Shown: positions 20,515 to 29,085 of the stretch, piece after piece
Position numbering within the stretch: position 1 is the stretch's first letter
Layout: the number at the start of each line of letters is the position of its first letter
NCBI GenBank assembly: GCA_030640585.1
Contig: DAOWIZ010000018.1
Coordinates: forward strand, 1-48,068
Direction: 5' to 3'
Source of the DNA: Thermoplasmata archaeon
GTDB lineage: Archaea > Thermoplasmatota > E2 > DHVEG-1
DNA length: 48,068 bases
Notes under the pieces: model-generated
The model's input: only the letters and a program-made list of their open reading frames with translations
Databases searched by the model: none
What the model was told of the DNA's origin: nothing
Translations under genes and position numbers: made by a program

Positions 20515-22350
20515 TTAAAAATCGTAGAGAGAGTCAACATAGAATTTATGATGAAACGAAGAAATATTTTTAGATAAAAAAGCTAAATAATTAGAATAAT
20601 ATTTTTCGATATACTCGCAATACATTTTTCCCTCAGGCGCAATCTCGAATTGATAGTAGGTATGATTTCTTTGATTAAAATAATCTAAAAGACTATGCCT
20701 CTTTTCAGGATCATAATCACGAATTGATCTTGATTTTTCTTCAATTGAAATTTTTAGCAATCCAATAGAACCGAGCTTCATTATGTCTTCAAATAATTCA
20801 GGAGAATATAGAAAGTCAAAATCCATATTAAATTTATAAGCAAAGGAGTTTTGATAATTTTTCTGAACCCACTCTATCATCTCATAAATCTTTGTAATAA
20901 ATATCATAGGCACCTGAAAGTCCCCATGTACTCTCAAATATTCATAAAAAAACAATAGCAGCAATTCGAGTTGATATGATTTTTTAATTCTTTCTTTATC
21001 TATTTTTTTTCCTATAATGTTTTTTATATCACACCAATTTTTCTTAATTAACTTATTGCATGATTTTATATTATTATCTTTTTGGCAGAAAAAATATAGA
21101 GAGCCGCTACCCAATATTTCCATAGTGAGACTAGCCGCTAGCTTAGATTCATCATATAAAAAACGATGTGTGTCGCATATTTTAACTCGTAGGGATTTCG
21201 GTATCCCCCGCAATGCCGTACTTCCTATGTAGATTCTTTGTTTTTGAATTATTTTATTTACTTCTTTCTCGACATCGCTAATTATTGAAGGATTTTGGTT
21301 TAACAATTCTATGTACAATTTAATGTCTGGAGTTATAGCATGGGCTTTCAAATCGCATGTGCAACAAAAAACTCCTCCCCCTCGCAATTCATCTATTAAT
21401 TTTTTAGCTTCGTTAGTACCTTTATTTTTGATAAAATTTAGCAAATCATTATCGTCATATTCCCAAAAGAATTTATCCAGTTCTTGTTCTACTTCCTTTT
21501 TACTACTTGTGTCTAAAAGTTTTTTAAGCGTATATTCTAAAGCTTTTATTAGCATTATATTAGCAGCTACATTTTTTGGATGATTTATTATATTTGAATA
21601 ATAATGATACCTAGATATTAGAAAAGCTTCTCCAAGATTTATAGAAACTATTTCATCAAAAGATCTGTTTTCACCTTTTTTACCAATAACTAATTTATCC
21701 TTATCTCTTGATACATTTTCCAATATATGTTCCAAATTAAAACCAATAAAATTAATTCCAGTATGTAAACCATCACGAATAAGATAATCTATTCTATCTG
21801 CATCAATTTCTCCAGATATTATGCTGGATAGAAATTTATCTTCTTCGCTTAAACTCTTTTTCTTACCTGTTGCAATATTACCAATATTCGTAAAAAAAGA
21901 ATTTGATTTTTCGGTTATCCCTGCCTCTTTCAAAGCTTCTTTCACAACTGATTTATTACCCAGATTTGCAATTATGTTTCTCGTATACGCTTCATGCTTC
22001 CTGTATCGAGGTTGCGCTATTTTCTCCATTCTTTTAAGCCCAAGCTCTATGGTATGAGAAAAGGCAGAATGTCCTATATCATGCAATAGGCCAGCTAAGC
22101 GAATCTTTTGTCGATGCGTTTCATTAAATTCATTTTTAAACCTTTCAAAAATCAAATCAGCTATATGCATAGTACCTAATGAATGCTCAAATCTTGTATG
22201 CAATGCTCCTGGAAAAACAACGCTGGCAACGCCCAACTGTTTTATTCTTTTTAATCTTTGAAACTGTGGTAAATCTATCAATGTTTTTTCTAGCTTTGTT
22301 AATCTGATATACTTGTGTACGGGGTCAGGTATAGATGAGTCTAATTCCAT
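20515..22350 (-). CDS. SAMHD1/YdhJ-like HD phosphohydrolase with C-terminal wHTH (YwgA/Panacea-like) extension
   Basis: DPVHKYI, FQRLKRIKQLG, HTRFEHSLG, LLHDIGH, DADRIDYLIRD; C-terminal YKF......YSPELFEDIMKL...G. Confidence 0.85.
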   Translation of the reverse strand: MELDSSIPDPVHKYIRLTKLEKTLIDLPQFQRLKRIKQLGVASVVFPGALHTRFEHSLGTMHIADLIFERFKNEFNETHRQKIRLAGLLHDIGHSAFSHTIELGLKRMEKIAQPRYRKHEAYTRNIIANLGNKSVVKEALKEAGITEKSNSFFTNIGNIATGKKKSLSEEDKFLSSIISGEIDADRIDYLIRDGLHTGINFIGFNLEHILENVSRDKDKLVIGKKGENRSFDEIVSINLGEAFLISRYHYYSNIINHPKNVAANIMLIKALEYTLKKLLDTSSKKEVEQELDKFFWEYDDNDLLNFIKNKGTNEAKKLIDELRGGGVFCCTCDLKAHAITPDIKLYIELLNQNPSIISDVEKEVNKIIQKQRIYIGSTALRGIPKSLRVKICDTHRFLYDESKLAASLTMEILGSGSLYFFCQKDNNIKSCNKLIKKNWCDIKNIIGKKIDKERIKKSYQLELLLLFFYEYLRVHGDFQVPMIFITKIYEMIEWVQKNYQNSFAYKFNMDFDFLYSPELFEDIMKLGSIGLLKISIEEKSRSIRDYDPEKRHSLLDYFNQRNHTYYQFEIAPEGKMYCEYIEKYYSNYLAFLSKNISSFHHKFYVDSLYDF

Positions 22351-22421
22351 AAATAAACAAATCTAATAAATTGATATAACTATATCGATAGTTGTCTTTT
22401 TTACTCTCCCCACCAAAACCC

Positions 22422-22446
22422 AGGGTTGTTTTTTTAAAGAAACAAA
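22422..22446 (+). repeat. Motif A copy 1 (AGGGTTG-N-TTTTTTAAAG-RR-ACAA)
   Basis: AGGGTTGTTTTTTTAAAGAAACAAA. Confidence 0.8.
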
Positions 22447-22513
22447 AGATTTATAAACTCTAATACTATTGCCCTCTACAATGTTAAGAAATAAAGAATA
22501 AAAGAGGAATAAG

Positions 22514-22942
22514 ATGACTAAAATAATAAGAATATCAGATGAAGTATGGAACGTATTGCGGGATATGGGGAAGACAGGAGACTCGTTTGATGATGTACTA
22601 AGAAAAATATTAAAGGTTGAATCTGAGAATCAAAAAGGCCAAGACCTTACATGTAGAGGTGGCAGAATCCCGCATGGAACAAAAGTAACAGCTACATATA
22701 ACAGAGAGAGATATGAAGCTGAAATTAAAAATGGTAAATTTCGATATAATGGTAAAGCATACAATGGACCATCTCCAGCAGCTATGAGCATTACAAATAG
22801 CTCAGTTAATGGATGGTCATTTTGGGGAATAGAAAAAGAAGGAAAATGGAAACCACTAGTACATTTCAGAAAACATGTTTTTAACCAAAAAAATAAAAGT
22901 AATTCATGGAAAAAATATAAGAGAGATAATGCCAAAATTTAA
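22514..22942 (+). CDS. RHH/antitoxin-like N-terminus fused to a RAMA/DUF4357-like modified-DNA reader domain
   Basis: KIIRISDEVWNVL...SFDDVLRKIL followed by YNGKAYNGPSPAA...VNGWSFW. Confidence 0.75.
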   Translation: MTKIIRISDEVWNVLRDMGKTGDSFDDVLRKILKVESENQKGQDLTCRGGRIPHGTKVTATYNRERYEAEIKNGKFRYNGKAYNGPSPAAMSITNSSVNGWSFWGIEKEGKWKPLVHFRKHVFNQKNKSNSWKKYKRDNAKI

Positions 22943-22992
22943 AGAATATCTTGAATTAAAATTAAAAAAATAATTACTGTTTAAAATCTTGT

Positions 22993-23013
22993 TTTTCATC
23001 ATCTTTTTATCCT
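22993..23013 (+). repeat. Motif B copy 1
   Basis: TTTTCATCATCTTTTTATCCT, 20/21 identical to 24277-24297. Confidence 0.7.
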
Positions 23014-23387
23014 ATAGTTTTCAATTCTTTATTGGCTTGAAAATTCCTCCTATCTAAACAACTTGTGCAATGAAGTTTAGAACGTGAATAATCAATAGGG
23101 TTTTTACCGCATTGCCTACAAAGCCCTTTAGCCACCCTTCTCTTTTCGTATATTTTGTTCATTTTCTCTCTTTTTTTCAGGCAGGCAGGACAATAGCGAG
23201 TCCATCCCTCAGGTCTTGGTTTGCCACAGTCATAGCAAAGACCTGCCTTCAGCCGTCTCCTATGCCATTCTCTGTGGTATTTTCTTTCACAGTCTTTGCA
23301 GTAACTTGACAACTTGTCTTTTTTCGAGTTATCATTATAAAACTGCGGTGCAGGCAGAAATCGATGACATCTAAAGCATTCCTTCAT
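23007..23387 (-). CDS. Basic multi-zinc-finger protein
   Basis: Six CxxC pairs; the N-terminal KECFRC...F......D.L.SYCKDC resembles phage HNH-associated Zn fingers. Confidence 0.7.
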   Translation of the reverse strand: MKECFRCHRFLPAPQFYNDNSKKDKLSSYCKDCERKYHREWHRRRLKAGLCYDCGKPRPEGWTRYCPACLKKREKMNKIYEKRRVAKGLCRQCGKNPIDYSRSKLHCTSCLDRRNFQANKELKTIG

Positions 23388-23436
23388 TGAACAACACGCT
23401 TACTCTTATCTGTTGATATACTAATTAAAGTTTCTT

Positions 23437-23461
23437 AGGGTTGGTTTTTTAAAGGGACAAC
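23437..23461 (+). repeat. Motif A copy 2
   Basis: AGGGTTGGTTTTTTAAAGGGACAAC. Confidence 0.8.
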
Positions 23462-23474
23462 TATTGTTTATTAA

Positions 23475-23972
23475 ATGATTAAAATGTATAAAAAACAATC
23501 TTTTGAAGATATGATGACATCTGAAAAAGAGGTTGCAGATTACCTGTCTCATCTTGGTATCTTTTGGGAGTATGAACGACCTGTTTTTGTATATGATGAT
23601 AAAGGCAGGCCAAGAGTTTGGACTCCTGATTTTTATCTACCTCAATTAGGTATATATGTTGAGGTCTGCGGTTCTAAAAATTTCAATTATGAATATAGGG
23701 AAAAAGTGTACAAAAACAATGGTATTTTTACTGTATTTATCCACTGGTATAAAGATAAACACAAATGGAAGAAATTTCTTGGCAAAAGATTACAAGAAAT
23801 TGAAAAATATTGGAAAAATAAAGTAGATATGATTACTAATGCTATTTTAACAGAAAAAAAAGTAGAATATCAAAAAGTTGAAAAAGGCTCTTGCCCTTAT
23901 TGTGGTTGTGATGTTTATCTCGGAAGTGAAAATACTGCCAAAATGTGTGGTTTATGTGGGGAAATATGGTAA
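23475..23972 (+). CDS. Small PD-(D/E)XK nuclease-like protein with C-terminal Zn ribbon
   Basis: SEKEVADYL...WEYE...WTPDFYLPQLGIYVEVCG; CPYC...CGLC. Confidence 0.75.
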   Translation: MIKMYKKQSFEDMMTSEKEVADYLSHLGIFWEYERPVFVYDDKGRPRVWTPDFYLPQLGIYVEVCGSKNFNYEYREKVYKNNGIFTVFIHWYKDKHKWKKFLGKRLQEIEKYWKNKVDMITNAILTEKKVEYQKVEKGSCPYCGCDVYLGSENTAKMCGLCGEIW

Positions 23973-24271
23973 AGAATGATATTGAAGAATTTATTTCAAA
24001 GTTTATTGGACAGGTTAAATCAGGTATACCAAAAGGTTGTGTGTTAAGTAGTAACTTTGATTTTGATCTTTCTGTTGTGACAACGAAAAAAAACAAAGGT
24101 AAATTAGACATACTCTTAGCAACTATGGAGCACACTTCCGATACAAAGCAAGTTCACAGATTAAAATTTTCAATCGCCGACAAAAAATCTCGTGAGGAAA
24201 GCACTCAATATTTAAATAAAGTGATACAAAATTTCGCATCAGAACTATCTAAATTAGATCAATCAAAATAA
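23966..24271 (+). CDS. Trypco2-like small protein
   Basis: DIEEFI...QVKSG...FDFDLSV...G.L.I...VHRLKFSI pattern; ATG 23966 overlaps the upstream gene. Confidence 0.55.
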   Translation: MVKNDIEEFISKFIGQVKSGIPKGCVLSSNFDFDLSVVTTKKNKGKLDILLATMEHTSDTKQVHRLKFSIADKKSREESTQYLNKVIQNFASELSKLDQSK

Positions 24272-24276
24272 CCTCA

Positions 24277-24297
24277 TTTTCAACATCTTTTTATCCT
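24277..24297 (+). repeat. Motif B copy 2
   Basis: TTTTCAACATCTTTTTATCCT. Confidence 0.7.
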
Positions 24298-24377
24298 CTT
24301 AATAAACCATTTCTACATGGGTAAAATATTTATCATAGGAGATATATAATAACATGTAGGTTTTAGACTCGATAAAT

Positions 24378-24815
24378 ATGACTAACGAATCAAAAATTGT
24401 AAACGGAATACAATACAAAAAATGCAGTAAATGTAAACAATTCAAACCACTACAACAGTTTTACAAAATAAAGCGTGGTACTTTTGGTGTAAAGAGTGAA
24501 TGCAAGAAATGTAGTATAATAAGATTTAATGACTGGATAGAAAATAACCGTTCTAAATATCTAAAAACAGGACGAATGTATGCTAGCAACAGATACAGAA
24601 ATGACCCCGTGCATAGGGAACGGGCAAAACAGATGAGTCGTGAATGGAGAAAAAACAACCCTGATTACCTAAGAAATTGGAAACTTAAAAACCCTGAACA
24701 GCAAAGAGAATGGGTAAAGGCCAATCCTGATTATCATAGAGAACGGCAGCGGATATTTAGAAAGGAAAACCCAGATTATTACAGAAATCTACGAGCAATG
24801 AAGCAGAAGGTGTGA
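24378..24815 (+). CDS. Zn-finger protein with W/F-x-K-x-NP(D/E) repeats
   Basis: KKCSKCKQFKPLQQFY...SECKKC; WRKNNPDY, WKLKNPEQ, WVKANPDY, FRKENPDY. Confidence 0.75.
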   Translation: MTNESKIVNGIQYKKCSKCKQFKPLQQFYKIKRGTFGVKSECKKCSIIRFNDWIENNRSKYLKTGRMYASNRYRNDPVHRERAKQMSREWRKNNPDYLRNWKLKNPEQQREWVKANPDYHRERQRIFRKENPDYYRNLRAMKQKV

Positions 24816-24829
24816 GTTTGCCAACAGAT

Positions 24830-24854
24830 AGGGTTGATTTTTTAAAGAAACAAC
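24830..24854 (+). repeat. Motif A copy 3
   Basis: AGGGTTGATTTTTTAAAGAAACAAC. Confidence 0.8.
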
Positions 24855-24886
24855 TGTTATAAAATATTATTTTAAGGTAGTAAAAG

Positions 24887-25039
24887 ATGAAAGAAGAATA
24901 TGCGGATAGACCATGTCCTGCTTGTGGGAATATGATTCCTGCAAAAAAGAAAGTTTGCCCATCATGTGAGCTTAGGGTTGGAAGAGTTAATAAAAATTCT
25001 AAAGCACCAGGTTCTTATAGGGGTTATATAAAAAAGTGA
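24887..25039 (+). CDS. 50-aa zinc-ribbon microprotein (not in the ORF track)
   Basis: MKEEYADRPCPACGNMIPAKKKVCPSCELRVG...; lies downstream of motif A copy 3. Confidence 0.65.
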   Translation: MKEEYADRPCPACGNMIPAKKKVCPSCELRVGRVNKNSKAPGSYRGYIKK

Positions 25040-25041
25040 AA

Positions 25042-26127
25042 TTAAGTTATTAAATTTTTTATCGTTTCTAAACTGTTCTCAATATCGTCCTTAATTCTCT
25101 CAAGATTTGTCCTAATATACGAACTAGCGTTGTCAATCTGAGTTAACTTCGACTCAAAACTTTTAAACATAAAAAGCTTTGATTTCATATCCTCAATTTC
25201 TTTTTGAATCTCTCCAATTGGGATCTCTTTTTTATCATCTTTTATTGTAACAAAAAGTCTAGCAACTCTAAATGCAAAATATAGCCCATATTCATCAAAA
25301 GAAGTAACAATATATTTTTTTGTTATTTTCACAGGACGAAGAGCTGAAGGTATTTGTTGTTGGTTCTTAAACAAAAATATACCAAATTTAGATCCTCTGT
25401 TCTTTATCGCGTCATTAACTTCATCTATAGTTCTTTTATGAGAATATGCTGGACTATCTTTACATTCAACTATGATTCTTTTTTTATTATCGCTATCTAT
25501 ATCTATATTAATATCACCAATTTTATTGGTCTTTCCTAATCTATCGCCGACATATTCAACTTTATCTTCATAGGGTGAACAAATTTTCTCAATTTGTTCC
25601 AGGACAGTATCCTCAAATTTCCCTCCTTTCAAAGTAGTTTTTGAAACAATTTCTTCTTTTACTTCTTCTTTTAATAATTCATCTCTCAACTCTTTAATTT
25701 TCTCAAAAACCTCTTCCTTTAGTTTCTTGATAGGTGAACCTTCTTCATAAGGGCTTAATAAATCACCAATTTTTCCTTTTTTTAAATCAAAATATTGTTC
25801 AAACATAAGACGAAATTTACCCATACAGCTAGCATTATTCTCCATATCAAACGTTTTTTCTATCATATCCTGTATATTTTCGTTTTGGTATTCAAATTGT
25901 TTTAAAAGTTTGTTAAATTCTTTCTCGATATAATCAACGTTTTCAGTTAAAGATAGATTCCTCAAACCTATTGTACCCATAATAACTGCTTTTTTAATGA
26001 ACTCTTCTCTTCTATCTGGCTTTATATCTTTTAAAATTTTATATGCATTAATATCATCGACTTCTAAATTATGAATTATTATTTTTTCATCTCGTAGCTC
26101 GATGTTTTTATCCGATCCAGAACTCAT
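25042..26127 (-). CDS. Coiled-coil PD-(D/E)XK nuclease-like protein (DUF2130/RmuC-like architecture)
   Basis: KGGKFE...KIGDINI...IIVECKD flanked by long coiled-coil segments. Confidence 0.7.
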   Translation of the reverse strand: MSSGSDKNIELRDEKIIIHNLEVDDINAYKILKDIKPDRREEFIKKAVIMGTIGLRNLSLTENVDYIEKEFNKLLKQFEYQNENIQDMIEKTFDMENNASCMGKFRLMFEQYFDLKKGKIGDLLSPYEEGSPIKKLKEEVFEKIKELRDELLKEEVKEEIVSKTTLKGGKFEDTVLEQIEKICSPYEDKVEYVGDRLGKTNKIGDINIDIDSDNKKRIIVECKDSPAYSHKRTIDEVNDAIKNRGSKFGIFLFKNQQQIPSALRPVKITKKYIVTSFDEYGLYFAFRVARLFVTIKDDKKEIPIGEIQKEIEDMKSKLFMFKSFESKLTQIDNASSYIRTNLERIKDDIENSLETIKNLIT

Positions 26128-26819
26128 TTTCTTTCCCCCAATTCTTCTTTAATAATTTTCCTAAGTTTCTTTTCAAAAACTTCAGCGAAGATTTCAGCTT
26201 TTTTACGCGTTTCAAACTCTAATTCTTCTTCATATAATTGTTGATATTTCTCAGTATTTTCTGGCTCTGTTTCTTCTTTATCATAAATTTGTAAAGTCTC
26301 TGGAAGTTTTTCAATATCATTAAAAATTTTTTCTATATTTATTTTAGGGCAATAGTCTATCTCTAAAGAATATCTATCCTTGATATAATCAATAATCTTA
26401 TTTTTATCTAATCGAAATTTATTATCTTCTTTTTTTTCTAAAAACCCTGCCAATGAATTTATTGTAAACCTGCTTGTATACATGTTATTAATTTCCTTAT
26501 TTATATCAAATAATCGATCAAGAGGCTCTTTACCTAACCATATATGCCTACAGACACCATTGCAGATTAATTTATAATCACAAAAGAAAACATCTTTAAA
26601 ATCTCTAATCGGCACTTCTTTTTCATCAACAAGAGACTTGCTTGCTTTCCAACGGCCTACAATATCTACAAGTCGTTCTAAATCCTTATTTACATCTTTG
26701 AAGTGAACAAAGTAAAAGCTGTTATCTATATAATATTCATGATCTTCAGCAATCTTAATCGCATCAGATAAACTTGGACTACTTGTTTTAGATGAAAATC
26801 TAATAATGAATTTTGACAT
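26124..26819 (-). CDS. Hypothetical protein
   Basis: ATGA-coupled to the downstream nuclease; C...C...C..H cluster; likely start ATG 26819. Confidence 0.6.
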   Translation of the reverse strand: MSKFIIRFSSKTSSPSLSDAIKIAEDHEYYIDNSFYFVHFKDVNKDLERLVDIVGRWKASKSLVDEKEVPIRDFKDVFFCDYKLICNGVCRHIWLGKEPLDRLFDINKEINNMYTSRFTINSLAGFLEKKEDNKFRLDKNKIIDYIKDRYSLEIDYCPKINIEKIFNDIEKLPETLQIYDKEETEPENTEKYQQLYEEELEFETRKKAEIFAEVFEKKLRKIIKEELGERK

Positions 26820-26948
26820 AAAATAAATATAAATGTCTTTTCTAATAAAACTTAGTATCAAGTTAAAAATTATATTTTAATATTTTACAACCTCTTAAAA
26901 TCTTGAAATTGAATAGATTTTTATACTACCAATTTCGCTTTTTCATTA

Positions 26949-27680
26949 ATGACAAGAATAAAGATGGTCCAAGAGCAGGTTGACGAAGCGCTTAAACTTC
27001 TTAAGCAAGGTTACACACCTAAACAACTTGCAGAGAAATATGGAGTGCATAGGTCCGTTATTTATAGAAGGGTTAAACAACCCAATGTTGCGAAGGACAT
27101 TCCAGTTAAAATTAAAAACAAAGTTATCAAAGCAATCAAAGACGGGCATACAAAAGCAGAAGCAGCACAGATGTATGGATTGAATATAGGAACTGTATAT
27201 AACTTTACTAAAGGCATTGCAGAAGGGCATAGATCACAAGGTAACCACATCATTAGAAAGAACGGGATAAAACTCCTAAATAGACTGATGACAGATGGTT
27301 ACCTTATCTCAGATTTCAACGTACCTGTTGTTAGAAATCTTCAGAGCAAATTTCCAATAATAAGAACAGCTCGTTATAAGGAGAAAACTTTTTTTTATCT
27401 ACCTGGCCGTGAGGAGGAGACAATTGAGGCTTTTTTCCGTGAGAAACCAGATAGAATAATTAGCTATGTGTCAATAGAAGAATTATCTTATCTTTTAGGT
27501 GTGAAGTTTTCCAGGAAAACCACGATGACACTTGTAAGAAAATATAAAGGCAAACATAAGAGTTATTGGAGAAGCAGACGTCTTATACAGAGGAGTATTT
27601 TTGACTGGGTAGATGATAACCCATTTAAAAACAATATTGAAACAAGTTTTAGATTAATGCCAAAAAAAGGAGAATGGTGA
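26949..27680 (+). CDS. Tandem helix-turn-helix protein with unknown C-terminal domain
   Basis: GYTPKQLAEKYGVHRSVIYR and GHTKAEAAQMYGLNIGTVYN. Confidence 0.75.
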   Translation: MTRIKMVQEQVDEALKLLKQGYTPKQLAEKYGVHRSVIYRRVKQPNVAKDIPVKIKNKVIKAIKDGHTKAEAAQMYGLNIGTVYNFTKGIAEGHRSQGNHIIRKNGIKLLNRLMTDGYLISDFNVPVVRNLQSKFPIIRTARYKEKTFFYLPGREEETIEAFFREKPDRIISYVSIEELSYLLGVKFSRKTTMTLVRKYKGKHKSYWRSRRLIQRSIFDWVDDNPFKNNIETSFRLMPKKGEW

Positions 27681-27722
27681 TAAGTAGTGGTAGTAAAAAA
27701 TAATTTTACTTATCCCCTTTTA

Positions 27723-28385
27723 CTATCTTAATTTTATCCCCCTAAAAAATCGTGCATAAATAAACATACTAATAAAACCAATAATGAAGGGGGCAATCCC
27801 TCCTAATAAAACAAATAGCCATGAGGCGGGGAAATCACCAAAAAATATTGCAAATCTATCTAGATTAGATATTACAGCTCCAAATATTGAAAAGAATATG
27901 CCTGTCCCTAGCACAAAATACATACTATTTTTCTTAGATTTTTTTGACTGCTCACTTATTATAGCTAATTCTTTTAAATCTTTACTCTCAAGATTTCTAA
28001 TATCATCTAACTGGTTGTCTTTAACAGATATCGCATCCTTTGGTGTTATTTCATCTAACTTATTGGAAATTTCTAAATATTTCAATTTAAAATTTGAATC
28101 ATCTATAAATTTGAACCAAAAAATACTATGTGATTTTCTAAGTATTTCAAGTCTCTTTTCACAGATATACGTATACATATTTAAAATAATTATATCCATG
28201 TTTTGATCGAGTAAATACCAATCTCCATCATCTTTAATGATTTCATCTAAAAATTCGTTTTTAAATTCATTATATTGTCCTTCAAAGACATATTCTTCTC
28301 CAAATTCCCTTGTAATTCTTGAATTTAACGTTTTATACTCTTTTTCGAATTTTTTAAATTTTAAAGTGATTTCTTTTTTATTCAT
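27723..28385 (-). CDS. Hypothetical protein with two C-terminal TM helices
   Basis: Likely start ATG 28385, immediately after the upstream stop; two hydrophobic segments at the C-terminus. Confidence 0.65.
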   Translation of the reverse strand: MNKKEITLKFKKFEKEYKTLNSRITREFGEEYVFEGQYNEFKNEFLDEIIKDDGDWYLLDQNMDIIILNMYTYICEKRLEILRKSHSIFWFKFIDDSNFKLKYLEISNKLDEITPKDAISVKDNQLDDIRNLESKDLKELAIISEQSKKSKKNSMYFVLGTGIFFSIFGAVISNLDRFAIFFGDFPASWLFVLLGGIAPFIIGFISMFIYARFFRGIKLR

Positions 28386-28386
28386 T

Positions 28387-28542
28387 TCAACCAAAAAGTT
28401 CCTCAAACCAACCTTTTTTCTTATTCTTTGGTTTTGGCTTATAAACACCTAGAATTTGCCCTTTTTTACCTTTTGAAGCATTTTTCTGTCTTAATCTATA
28501 ATACTTTCTTGTCGTAGGATTATAAATACGTTTTTTTGGCAT
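28387..28542 (-). CDS. Very basic 51-aa microprotein
   Basis: MPKKRIYNPTTRKYYRLRQK...GWFEELFG; stop codon 1 bp from the next ATG. Confidence 0.5.
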   Translation of the reverse strand: MPKKRIYNPTTRKYYRLRQKNASKGKKGQILGVYKPKPKNKKKGWFEELFG

Positions 28543-28807
28543 TATTACATTTTTCAAATACCACATCCTATTATTTACTTTCCTATTTAATTTCTTGTTA
28601 ATTCTGGTTAACTGATAAAAAAATCTATTCAAAAACCACCTCTTGACTGCATTATTTCATCCCCCCTCAAATTTAGGATCTTAACTCACTAGGAAGAGGC
28701 ATACTACTTTTACCCATCTCCCCTCTGTTAGAGATTCGTTCTTTCTCATTTTTTTACCTTAGCATCTACTGATATAGTTTAATCTTGCTTTTCATTACGC
28801 CTTTTTT

Positions 28808-28963
28808 ATGACAAATAAGAAACAAATATCTTTCCGTTTGTCAAAAGAACTAGACGACTGGGTAACAGCCCAAATAGAGTCAGGACGATTTGAATCCTGG
28901 ACTGAGGCTGTTGAACAGGCAGTAGTTCTTTTGCAGGAAAGATTAGGCGAAAAAAAACAATAG
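28808..28963 (+). CDS. 51-aa RHH (ParD/CopG-like) protein (not in the ORF track)
   Basis: MTNKKQISFRLSKELDDWVTAQIESGRFESWTEAVEQAVVLLQER. Confidence 0.8.
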   Translation: MTNKKQISFRLSKELDDWVTAQIESGRFESWTEAVEQAVVLLQERLGEKKQ

Positions 28964-29018
28964 ATATTTTATTTGTAATATCTAAGCGAAAGACTGTTTT
29001 TTAAAAATTAATTGAAGG

Positions 29019-29047
29019 AAGCAAATTCATCAAACGAGAATTTGCTT
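29019..29047. terminator. Hairpin between convergent genes
   Basis: AAGCAAATTC-9 nt-GAATTTGCTT followed by T-rich sequence. Confidence 0.4.
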
Positions 29048-29085
29048 TCTCTCTGATTTTTTGCTTTTGTGAACTAGTGTTTTTC

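Noticed and set aside
22422-24854. Motif A as integron attC sites or CRISPR repeats
   Set aside because: The GTT...AAC order is the reverse of attC, the site is too short, there is no IntI, and copies are 1-1.4 kb apart.
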